DNA from: Clostridium aciditolerans
GTDB lineage: Bacteria; Bacillota; Clostridia; Clostridiales; Clostridiaceae
NCBI RefSeq assembly: GCF_016316925.1
Contig: NZ_JAEEGB010000035.1
Span: forward strand, 167,063 to 199,062
Direction: 5' to 3'
Length of the DNA: 32,000 bases
Shown: positions 18,866-26,214 of the stretch, one piece after another
How positions within the stretch are numbered: position 1 is the stretch's first letter
Layout: every line of letters begins with the position of its first letter
Made by a program: the position numbers and the translations under genes
The notes under the pieces: generated by a model
The model's input: only the letters and a program-made list of their open reading frames with translations
Databases searched by the model: none
What the model was told of the DNA's origin: nothing

Positions 18866-19804
18866 TTAAATCTTTAAAAGATTCCTAGCATTAAATTTTA
18901 ATAAAACCTGTTTCTTCCTTTCAGTAGATACCTCTGTATATATCTGAGTAGTAGTAATACTAGAATGGCCTAGTATTTCCTGTACAGATCTAATATCCGC
19001 CCCATTATTTAAAAGTTGAGTTGCGAAAGTATGTCTAAGATAATGAGGAGTAGATTTTGTATCAATTCCTGCTAGCTGTCTGTATTTTTCATATATATTT
19101 TCAATTGAATATATAGAAAGCTTGTCACCATATTTATTGATAAAGAGAGCATCGCATTTTGGGTTTAAATTTTCTCTTTCTATAATCCAAGTATTGAGGA
19201 TATTTATAACATCGGTACTGGATATAAATAGAAGTCTATCTTTTCTTCCTTTACCGTGAATCAAAAGGGTTTGTTCTTCTAAGGTTATATCATTTAATTC
19301 AATGTTAACAAGTTCACCTATCCTTATACCTACACAATACAATAATTCAATTATTGCTGCATTTCTTATGCTAATAGTCTTTCTGAATTCTGTCTGAATA
19401 TCTTTTAATTCTTCAATTGGTGATTTTAAAAGTTTTATTATATCTTGAGAGGGTAAAGTTTTAGGAAGTTTTTTTGAAGTTTTAAAGGAAATTCTCATAT
19501 TATCAAAAGGTGACTTACTTATAATATAATTATTGACTAAATATTTAAAAAAGGATTTTAAGGAAACATATTTTCTTTTTATTGATGTATCTTTCATTTC
19601 TTTGATATTTTGTAGCCAAAAAATATATGAGTTTATGGTGCTAATATTTATAGTGTTAATTGAGTTTTCTTTCAGCCACCTCAAAAAGCTTGATAAATCC
19701 GAATAGTAAGCTTTAGTGCTTTTTTCAGTGAGATTTCTTTCTATTTTAAGAGTACTTATATAATTATTAATGTTATCACTCATAATTTTTACATTACATT
19801 CCAT
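18866..19804 (-). CDS. Tyrosine recombinase, XerC/XerD-like
   Basis: The full catalytic set is present: GIRIGELVNI (Arg), HGKGRKDR (Lys), HYLRHTFAT (His-x-x-Arg) and LGHSSITTTQIYT (His...Tyr). An N-terminal SAM-like domain is also present (LTEKSTKAYYSDLSSFLRWL). The start is placed at ATG 19804 (GGAGGA 5 nt upstream); the track's 19828 is a TTG. Confidence 0.9.
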   Translation of the reverse strand: MECNVKIMSDNINNYISTLKIERNLTEKSTKAYYSDLSSFLRWLKENSINTINISTINSYIFWLQNIKEMKDTSIKRKYVSLKSFFKYLVNNYIISKSPFDNMRISFKTSKKLPKTLPSQDIIKLLKSPIEELKDIQTEFRKTISIRNAAIIELLYCVGIRIGELVNIELNDITLEEQTLLIHGKGRKDRLLFISSTDVINILNTWIIERENLNPKCDALFINKYGDKLSIYSIENIYEKYRQLAGIDTKSTPHYLRHTFATQLLNNGADIRSVQEILGHSSITTTQIYTEVSTERKKQVLLKFNARNLLKI

Positions 19805-19854
19805 AGTCTTCCTCCAATTCTTCTGCAATAATATTATAAATAAATTACAGAATT

Positions 19855-20343
19855 ATGTCGATATGTGAAAGACAAATAGATAAAAAAAGCTTAAATAATG
19901 AAGAGCTTACTAATGAGGAAATATTGGGTCTTACGTTTATACCATTAATGAAAGGAAAATTAACTAGAACGGAAAGAACCATAAAAAGTATAGAATTAGC
20001 AAATAAGATAGAAACAGGAGAAAAAAAGATAAAGTGTCTTACAATGCTATATGCACTTTTAGAGAAGTTTGGAGATGAAGAAAGTAAGAAAAAATTCAAG
20101 GAGGTATTTAATATGACTGAGATAGGTAAAATGATATTGGAAGATGGAATGGCAAAAGGGATGGAAAAAGGAAGAGCTGAAGGAAAAGTAGAGCTTTTGC
20201 TTAAGCAATTAACTAAAAAATTCAAAAAAATACCGGAAGAATATAAAAAAAAGATAAAAGAATTGCCAGATGAAACACTTGAAATAATAGGGTTAGAGAT
20301 ATTTGATATAGAAGATATTAAAGAGCTGGAGAAATATTTTTAA
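19855..20343 (+). pseudogene. C-terminal fragment of an Rpn-family (YhgA-like PD-(D/E)XK) recombination-promoting nuclease/putative transposase
   Basis: Only the C-terminal half is present (LTMLYALLEKF...ILEDGMAKGMEKGRAEGKVELLLKQL, the GxEKGxxxG tail typical of Rpn proteins). The N-terminal nuclease core is absent. Confidence 0.6.
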
Positions 20344-20525
20344 TTTATAAATTTGGAGTAGAAGCTATTGTCATATAACAACTGGTGGTGCTCCAATAGA
20401 TATAGTTAAAGTTGATAGTTTAGCATTAATAAATAAAGAAAATTGAAATGGTAAAGACACCTGGAATCAAATTCTTGAGGAAAGCTTTGTATATTAATTA
20501 TGAGAATAAGGTAGGAGGTACACAA

Positions 20526-20705
20526 ATGAAATGGGAGGATGTAAGAAAGCAATATCCTAATATTTTTGTAAAGTTTGAGATAGTTGAATCTCATATTGAA
20601 GAGGATAAGGAAATAGTAGACGAAGTTGCTTTTATTAAGGCTATTAAAGACGGAAAAGAAGCTATGGTGGAACATTTAAAATGTAAAAATAGTCAGTATG
20701 TATAT
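20526..20705 (+). pseudogene. 3'-truncated small ORF (MKWEDVRKQYPN...) running into the antisense of the SRP RNA
   Basis: Strong RBS AGGTAGGAGG before ATG 20526. From about 20703 the reading frame is simply the antisense of ffs, so the listed 140-aa product (20448..20870) is not credible as a whole. Confidence 0.45.
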
Positions 20706-20948
20706 CGTGCACCCACTGTTGACCTAGTTAGCTCAAACCAGGTTGTTCCACGGCACTTAAAAGTGATCACTTACCGCTGCTTCCTTCCGGATCTGACGGA
20801 GTTCATGAGTTTCTGCTGCATGGGACCCAGTTCTCAATACCACTTTGACCAGGCAGGCCCAACAGACTAAAGTCTATAGGGGGAATTCAATCCTGCTGTA
20901 GCGGATTGCAGGTTACAGGGCACCGCTGGCTCCCCATCTAGCACGAAT
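20703..20948 (-). ncRNA. ffs: Signal recognition particle RNA, long Bacillus/Clostridium type (scRNA/4.5S homologue with Alu domain)
   Basis: The minus strand reads GTCAGATCCGGAAGGAAGCAGCGGTAAG (conserved domain IV) and GCGGTGCCCTGTAACCTGCAATCCGCTACAGCAGG (Alu domain, near-identical to B. subtilis scRNA as I recall it). The 5' TCGTGC pairs with the 3' GCACGA. A GC-rich island in AT-rich DNA. Ends are accurate to +/-5 nt. Confidence 0.88.
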
Positions 20949-20985
20949 TCTATCTTTAAGTTAGTCATCCTCTTGCTGTGAAAAT

Positions 20986-21014
20986 ATAATAACATAATTT
21001 AAATCCTTATTCAA
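20986..21014 (-). promoter_or_regulatory. Sigma-A-type promoter for ffs
   Basis: The minus strand has TTGAAT (21014-21009), a 17-nt spacer and TATTAT (20991-20986), about 40 nt upstream of the mature 5' end. This is consistent with a processed precursor. Confidence 0.5.
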
Positions 21015-21086
21015 GAATATATAAATAGTAATTATTACCTAATATTAAGATTACTTATTTAGGATGGATTAATAATTGAACTAACA

Positions 21087-21597
21087 TGTAATTATAAAAG
21101 CTGATAAGTCACAGCTAACAGGTTGGGGGCTTTCGAAGATAAGAGATAAAATGAAGACTGAGGAATTTGAGGAAAGGTTCTCTTCTTTTAGAGGATATGT
21201 AGACTTAAAGGATACTAAATCTAGAATGTTACCTTTTAATACAACAAAGAATTCAGTTAACACAGACTCCGAGGAGTATGAGAAAATACTAGATTATATG
21301 GTTGAGGCTATGAATAAATCTATGCAGCATTTTCGTGATTTAGGATTAAGATGCATTTCATATAAGAGACCTGTAGAGCAAGTGACAAAACTTATGAAGT
21401 TATTAGATTTAAAATATGCTAAGGATGTTGGTGAGTATACTTATGATCAATATATAAAAAACAACAATATCAAATAAGAACAAATGTTTGTATAATTACT
21501 GGTAAAGTAAACCATACTATATCTATAAGTATTGGAGGGATATAGTATGATTTATTCGTGTGTTGAAAAGGATTATTTTATAGCTTTAATAAAAGAA
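21087..21597. repeat. Direct repeat copy 2 (~511 bp)
   Basis: See copy 1 (14612-15124). The offset between copies is 6475 bp. Confidence 0.9.
21088..21477 (+). pseudogene. Orphan 3' fragment (about 129 codons) of a GHKL ATPase gene
   Basis: The translation is about 95% identical to the C-terminus of the 13809..15002 product. A stop lies immediately upstream (21082-21084), and there is no N-terminal ATPase domain. Confidence 0.85.
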
Positions 21598-22641
21598 GAA
21601 AACAATAATTATGGAGGGAAGAAGAGAAAAAATCATATTCAGATGGATAAAATTTTAAAGCGTTTATTTACACTAAAAAACACTATACCAATTATAGATT
21701 TTCTTAACGCAGCCTATAATGACGATATATCTTATGAAGCTAAACTATATTATGCAGATAAGGAAATTAATAATTTTGAAAAGAAAAGTAGCCGCTACAT
21801 AAGTTATTATGCTGATATGTATATAAAGGTTATAGATAAGAAAAACGTTTATGAATATGAAATAGAATTTCAAACAATTTATGAAAATAGTATGGTTATA
21901 AGAATGTTTAGATATGGTTTTGAGAGAGCAGTAAATATCTCATACTACAATAGTATAAAGGAAGGTAGATTAAGAATAAAATTACCAGAACCATATCTTA
22001 TAGTGTTAGAAGAAGATAAGAATGTACCTAACAGTATATACTTAGAAATAGAGATTCCAAAGCAAGATACAATTACATATAGTTGTAAAGTATTGAAGTA
22101 TTTTAGCTATGATATTGATAAACTATTAAAGGAAAATATGTATCTACTGCTGCCACTGCAGGTATTTAGATTAAGAAAGAAAATGTATCAAATAAGTATT
22201 AGTAATCTACTCTTTGAAGAAAAGAAAAGTAAAATGATCGACGTGTATAATGAATTGAAAATAGTTATAGAAGATACTTTAAAAGCTATAGATTTATCGT
22301 ATAATGGTAATAAGATAACTTTAGAAGATTATGATGAAATGACATCTACTATAGAAAACATTAACTCATATTTTTTAGGCATGTATGGAAAATATACAGA
22401 TTTTGATGAGGAGGTTAGGGAAATGGTGAAGAGCTTTTATGATCCTAAGGTTGAAGAAAGAGGAATAGAAAAAGGAATAGAGAGAGGAAAGATACAAGGT
22501 AAGATTGAGGAAAAAATTGAAACAGCAACAGAGATGATTAAAGATGGAGAGCCTATAGAAAAAATCAAAAAGTATACAAAGCTAGATGAAAATAAGATTT
22601 TGGAATTAATAAAACAAATAGGAACTGAAAAAGTTCAATGA
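21547..22641 (+). CDS. Rpn-family recombination-promoting nuclease/putative transposase (PD-(D/E)XK)
   Basis: YADMYIKV...YEYEIEFQT matches the D...ExQ nuclease core. The C-terminal tail is ERGIEKGIERGKIQGKIEEKIE. The start is placed at ATG 21547 (GGAGGG 7 nt upstream) rather than 21532. Confidence 0.75.
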   Translation: MIYSCVEKDYFIALIKEENNNYGGKKRKNHIQMDKILKRLFTLKNTIPIIDFLNAAYNDDISYEAKLYYADKEINNFEKKSSRYISYYADMYIKVIDKKNVYEYEIEFQTIYENSMVIRMFRYGFERAVNISYYNSIKEGRLRIKLPEPYLIVLEEDKNVPNSIYLEIEIPKQDTITYSCKVLKYFSYDIDKLLKENMYLLLPLQVFRLRKKMYQISISNLLFEEKKSKMIDVYNELKIVIEDTLKAIDLSYNGNKITLEDYDEMTSTIENINSYFLGMYGKYTDFDEEVREMVKSFYDPKVEERGIEKGIERGKIQGKIEEKIETATEMIKDGEPIEKIKKYTKLDENKILELIKQIGTEKVQ

Positions 22642-22677
22642 CAAGAAAAAAGATATGTAGACTAAGGGGGAAATAAA

Positions 22678-23007
22678 ATGGATGATACAGAAATGACAAT
22701 AGATGAGATAAGGAAGAAAATTGTTTCATTTTCAAAAGAGCGTGGCTGGGACAAAGGAGAAAGTGCTAAAGATTTAGTTATGGCTTTATCAATTGAAGCC
22801 TCTGAACTTATGGAAATTTTTCAGTGGTTACATTCAGATAAAGCCGATAGCGTAAAAGATAATGCTAATGAATTCCAACATTTAAAAGAAGAAATTGCAG
22901 ATGTGTTTTGGTATTTGATAAGAATTTGTGAACATTTTCAAATTGATTTAACCAAGGCTGTTGAAGATAAAACTGTGAAAAATGCAATAAAATATCCCAT
23001 TGATTAA
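22678..23007 (+). CDS. MazG-like nucleotide pyrophosphohydrolase (dCTPase/DCTPP1-like small form)
   Basis: LVMALSIEASELMEIFQW and EEIADVFWYLIRICEHF match the paired EExx(E/D) helices of all-alpha NTP pyrophosphatases. Ends in NAIKYP. Confidence 0.8.
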   Translation: MDDTEMTIDEIRKKIVSFSKERGWDKGESAKDLVMALSIEASELMEIFQWLHSDKADSVKDNANEFQHLKEEIADVFWYLIRICEHFQIDLTKAVEDKTVKNAIKYPID

Positions 23008-23023
23008 GAAGGTGTGAAAAGGT

Positions 23024-23515
23024 ATGAAAAAAATTTTTATGCAGAAAATTTGTTTTGTTTTTCTTTCCTTGTTTATTACAATAAGTTTATTAGGATGTTC
23101 ATCAACAAATAAAAATATTGTGAATGAAAAACAAAATATAAAAACAGATTCTACAAAAAATGAAGCTGTAAAAAATAAAAAAATAATTAACGATTTTCAA
23201 GGAGTAGCTGATTATATTCATAAAAATGGACGCCTTCCTGATAACTTTATAACCAAAGAACAGGCAGCAAAGCTTGGATGGACCCCGGGTAAAGACCTTG
23301 ACCAAGTGGCACCTGGTAAAAGCATAGGTGGAGATATTTTTACGAATGCAGAAAAATCATTACCAGATGCTCCTAAAAGAGTTTGGCGTGAGTGTGATAT
23401 CAATTATAATGGAGGGAAAAGAGGAGCTGACAGAATACTTTATTCTAATGATGGATTGATTTATTCAACTTCAGACCATTATAAGACATTCAAGCTCTTA
23501 TATAATGGAAAATAA
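23024..23515 (+). CDS. Barnase-family secreted ribonuclease (lipoprotein signal)
   Basis: VADYIHKNGRLPDNFITKEQAAKLGW...APGKSIGGDIFTN...WRECDINY...RGADRILYSNDGLIYSTSDHYKTF aligns almost motif-for-motif with Bacillus barnase. The N-terminus has the lipobox LLGC. Confidence 0.9.
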   Translation: MKKIFMQKICFVFLSLFITISLLGCSSTNKNIVNEKQNIKTDSTKNEAVKNKKIINDFQGVADYIHKNGRLPDNFITKEQAAKLGWTPGKDLDQVAPGKSIGGDIFTNAEKSLPDAPKRVWRECDINYNGGKRGADRILYSNDGLIYSTSDHYKTFKLLYNGK

Positions 23516-23528
23516 TTTTTAAAATGAG

Positions 23529-23813
23529 GTGGATACTTTGAATAAAGTAATTTTGGAAGGAAGTAAATTTACAGATAAAGAGACTTTACATGAAAATTTG
23601 AAGAGAGAGCTAAAGCTTCCTGATTATTATGGAAAAAACTTAGATGCGCTCTGGGATTGCTTAACTACAGATGTAAAACTACCGATTACAATTGAATGGC
23701 TAGATTTCCAAATTAGTAGGAAGCTTTTGGGGGACTATGCAGAAAGCACATTAGGAGTCTTTCGTGATGCTGAAAAGTATACAGAAGGAAGATTGCAAAT
23801 ACATATGAAGTGA
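23529..23813 (+). CDS. Barstar (barnase inhibitor)
   Basis: [23 protein letters not shown]...ITIEW matches barstar ([20 protein letters not shown]). The start could be GTG 23529 or TTG 23538. Confidence 0.9.
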   Translation: [94 protein letters not shown]

Positions 23814-23822
23814 AACTTGAAT

Positions 23823-23862
23823 CAGATGGGAGTATTAGGGCGGGTAGTCATCGGATAAAATA
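23823..23862 (+). repeat. ~40-nt GC-rich motif, copy A (core TTAGGGCGGGTAGTCATCGGATAAA at 23835-23859)
   Basis: 21/25 identical in the core to 26516-26540, with extra similarity upstream (CAGA...TGGG). Both copies sit just upstream of a terminator hairpin. Confidence 0.6.
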
Positions 23863-23868
23863 GGTACA

Positions 23869-23900
23869 AAGCCAATGCTTAACAACTAAGCATTGGCTTG
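23869..23900. terminator. Bidirectional terminator hairpin between barstar and the RNase H gene
   Basis: Stem GCCAATGCTTA (23871-23881) / TAAGCATTGGC (23887-23897), loop ACAAC, with A/T runs on both sides. Confidence 0.7.
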
Positions 23901-23933
23901 AAATTTCTAACGTAAAATGCCTAAGAAGTTTTT

Positions 23934-24725
23934 TCAATTCCCAGCGGCATCTCTTGCATACATATCACAAAGAGAGTTTTCAAAATGGTTGGAGTGTCCC
24001 TTTACCCATTGAAATTCAATATATTTCCCGTTACAGACGGTATCAAAGAGAAGCCAGTTCTCAATATTTTTAACAGACTCGCCATTTATAGTTTTAAAGT
24101 CATTTAATTTCCAGCAAGGAATCCATTCTGTTAGGCCTTTTCTTACATATTGGCTGTCAGTTACTATTCTTATTTTTTCGATATTCTTTAGTAATTGAAT
24201 AGCTTTTATAACTGCTATAAGTTCAGCTTGGCTGCTGCCTGTTTCCTGAACCTTTTCTGTGTATAGCTTATAATTTCCTTCTAAATCCTCTATTATAAAA
24301 GCAAAACCACCATACTTTTTATTTTCAAAATAGCAAGCATCTGAAAATATCTTATAAATTTTTTCTTCGCCTTTATCTTCATCTATAACATAACTATCAT
24401 TATTATTGTTTCGTTTGTCTAAAACTACTATTTTACTCCTATCATTAAAAGCTGCTACATCTTTATGATATCTTAAAATAAGTTTGACATTGAAACCCAC
24501 ATAATAAGTATCTATACGCTTATTATGAAGCATTTTTCTAAGTTGATATTCGTTAGCCTTAAGACAATCAGTTAAGTTACTATTATGAATAAAATTCAAC
24601 TCTTTTTTATAAGGGTTAAATTCTATCAATGTATCCTCTATATCATTACTTATCTTGATTTTATAATTATTATTTAGGGCATCTATTATTTCCATTTTAA
24701 ATAGCAGCATCTTCATAAGAGGCAC
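23934..24725 (-). CDS. RNase HI-domain protein with an unknown ~130-aa N-terminal domain
   Basis: The C-terminal half has the complete RNase H1 catalytic set: FSDAC (Asp), SSQAELIAV (Glu), VTDSQYVRKG (Asp) and WVKGHSNHFENSLCDMYAR (His, Asp). RBS AAAGGAG. The N-terminal domain does not look like the usual hybrid-binding domain. Confidence 0.8.
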   Translation of the reverse strand: MPLMKMLLFKMEIIDALNNNYKIKISNDIEDTLIEFNPYKKELNFIHNSNLTDCLKANEYQLRKMLHNKRIDTYYVGFNVKLILRYHKDVAAFNDRSKIVVLDKRNNNNDSYVIDEDKGEEKIYKIFSDACYFENKKYGGFAFIIEDLEGNYKLYTEKVQETGSSQAELIAVIKAIQLLKNIEKIRIVTDSQYVRKGLTEWIPCWKLNDFKTINGESVKNIENWLLFDTVCNGKYIEFQWVKGHSNHFENSLCDMYARDAAGN

Positions 24726-24817
24726 TCCTTTGGATATCTCGTGTACATTCCTGCACGCCGATTGATTTTACTTATTAGAAAATTCAACTTCAATAAAGCA
24801 GAGAGGTTTATTAAGTA

Positions 24818-25696
24818 TTAAACATAAATGGCAACAGGTATAACATTAAGTCCTGGTCCATTTACCTTCGTGGTAAAATTATCTGGTACCAATATTCCAT
24901 TACTATTTAGTACCGCTAAGTAAGGGGCTAAAGATTCTAGGAATCTATTATAATAATCGCTTGTAGCTGTTTTTCTTAGTAAATCAAAATAATTATCTAC
25001 ATCTACAATTCTTGAAACCTTCCCCAAAACCCTTAATTCTGAATGTGCTAAATCATATACGTAAGCATTTTTATTTGAAAAGTCATTTAAATTTACAGTT
25101 AATACCACATTAAAACAGTTTATATTTAGTACTATGTCAGTTGTATTATTCATACTTAAAGAATTGCTTAAAAATTTTAATTGGTTTAATATAAATGTAA
25201 TATTAGTTATACCAGCTAATTTTTCTCTTATTAAGTTGTCTAAAATTTTAATATCATAGGACTCTATTACACCTATCAATGTATTAATCGATGACAAAAG
25301 CGATGTTGTTGTCATATTCGCAGTAAATTCCACATATTCACAACACTTTATTTTACTATCAAAAATATCTTTCTCTATTATTTGTTTAATCATATTTTTG
25401 TCAAGCAGCATATCTCTAACGATATTAAATCTAGAGAAATCCGTAAATATTATGTTCGAATTAACATCCTTTAAAAAGTTTATTTCGCCATGAAATTTTC
25501 CAAAATCCTTTTCGTTAGTAACAACGGCTCTTTTTTGTACAGTTTCCTGAAATCTATTCTCTTGTGTTGTTCTAAAATGAGCTTCTACCTCTTCACGATT
25601 CCTAACAGTTCTACTTTGCTCAAATCCGTCACACATTAACGCAGCCAAATCTAATACTAAATCTTGATTTATATAAACTGGTATGCCATTTACCAT
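24818..25696 (-). CDS. Hypothetical protein (292 aa), first gene of a two-gene cassette with the RNase H fusion
   Basis: Clean ORF with RBS AAGGGAG and a 92-nt gap to the downstream gene on the same strand. No catalytic motif recognised. Confidence 0.6.
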   Translation of the reverse strand: MVNGIPVYINQDLVLDLAALMCDGFEQSRTVRNREEVEAHFRTTQENRFQETVQKRAVVTNEKDFGKFHGEINFLKDVNSNIIFTDFSRFNIVRDMLLDKNMIKQIIEKDIFDSKIKCCEYVEFTANMTTTSLLSSINTLIGVIESYDIKILDNLIREKLAGITNITFILNQLKFLSNSLSMNNTTDIVLNINCFNVVLTVNLNDFSNKNAYVYDLAHSELRVLGKVSRIVDVDNYFDLLRKTATSDYYNRFLESLAPYLAVLNSNGILVPDNFTTKVNGPGLNVIPVAIYV

Positions 25697-25853
25697 GTAT
25701 TACTCCCTTAAATTGCTATAATACATAGTATTAACGGCGTAGGGCGGAAGTTACCATTAATCTATCTTTTTAAAGCTATACTTTATCTAAGTTTAGAACT
25801 TATCATGATTCTTTAAGTGCAACTTACATCTTAATCGGTCATTTTAAAAATTC

Positions 25854-26024
25854 TTATTCAATTTGCAAAAAGGTTTTAGATACTCCACTGGCTGTCGCCA
25901 CACTATTAAAATTAATTTTTTCTCCATTAAAGGATAGTTCTCTAATGGCTTTATCAACCTTTTCTAAAGTAATCTTTGTTTTTTCTTCTGCATATTTCTT
26001 TAATCCTTTTGTACTTCCTGCCAT
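25854..26024 (-). pseudogene. 56-codon remnant resembling the small DUF6262-type protein of Tn554-like three-recombinase elements (tentative)
   Basis: The minus strand encodes MAGSTKGLKKYAEEKTKITLEKVDKAIRELSFNGEKINFNSVATASGVSKTFLQIE*. The INFxSVAxxxGVSKxFL helix-turn-helix-like segment matches my recollection of that family, which normally continues for about 60 more residues. Confidence 0.35.
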
Positions 26025-26214
26025 TATAAAATCTAAACAAATCTAAATCCTCAGTATTCTTTTGGTAAAAAATTTTGGAGGTATAAGTAATACTTTTTGC
26101 ATTTTAAATATCTCACTATGGAAAAGTATATCACATTATAATGAGAAAAAACTTGATTTTTTAAGGTTCAGAGTGTTGACATATATCTAAAAGTTAACTC
26201 CTATAAACAGGATT

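Noticed and set aside
20344-20360. Possible third copy of the recombination-site-like repeat (TATAAATTTGGAG)
   Set aside because: It is only a 13-nt partial resemblance to TATAAATTATTTGGAG with an indel. That is easily chance in AT-rich sequence.
20448-20870. Listed 140-aa ORF as a real protein
   Set aside because: From about 20703 onward it is the antisense of the SRP RNA gene, and its GC-rich tail is RNA-structure sequence. Only the first ~60 codons from ATG 20526 look like a (truncated) gene.
25737-25775. Possible third copy of the GC-rich boundary motif (GTATTAACGGCGTAGGGCGGAAGTTACCATTAATC), upstream of the 292-aa gene
   Set aside because: It shares only AGTATTA and GGGCGG with copies A/B, needs an 8-nt gap, and the 3' half matches poorly (about 6/13). 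This is too weak to call without a statistical alignment.
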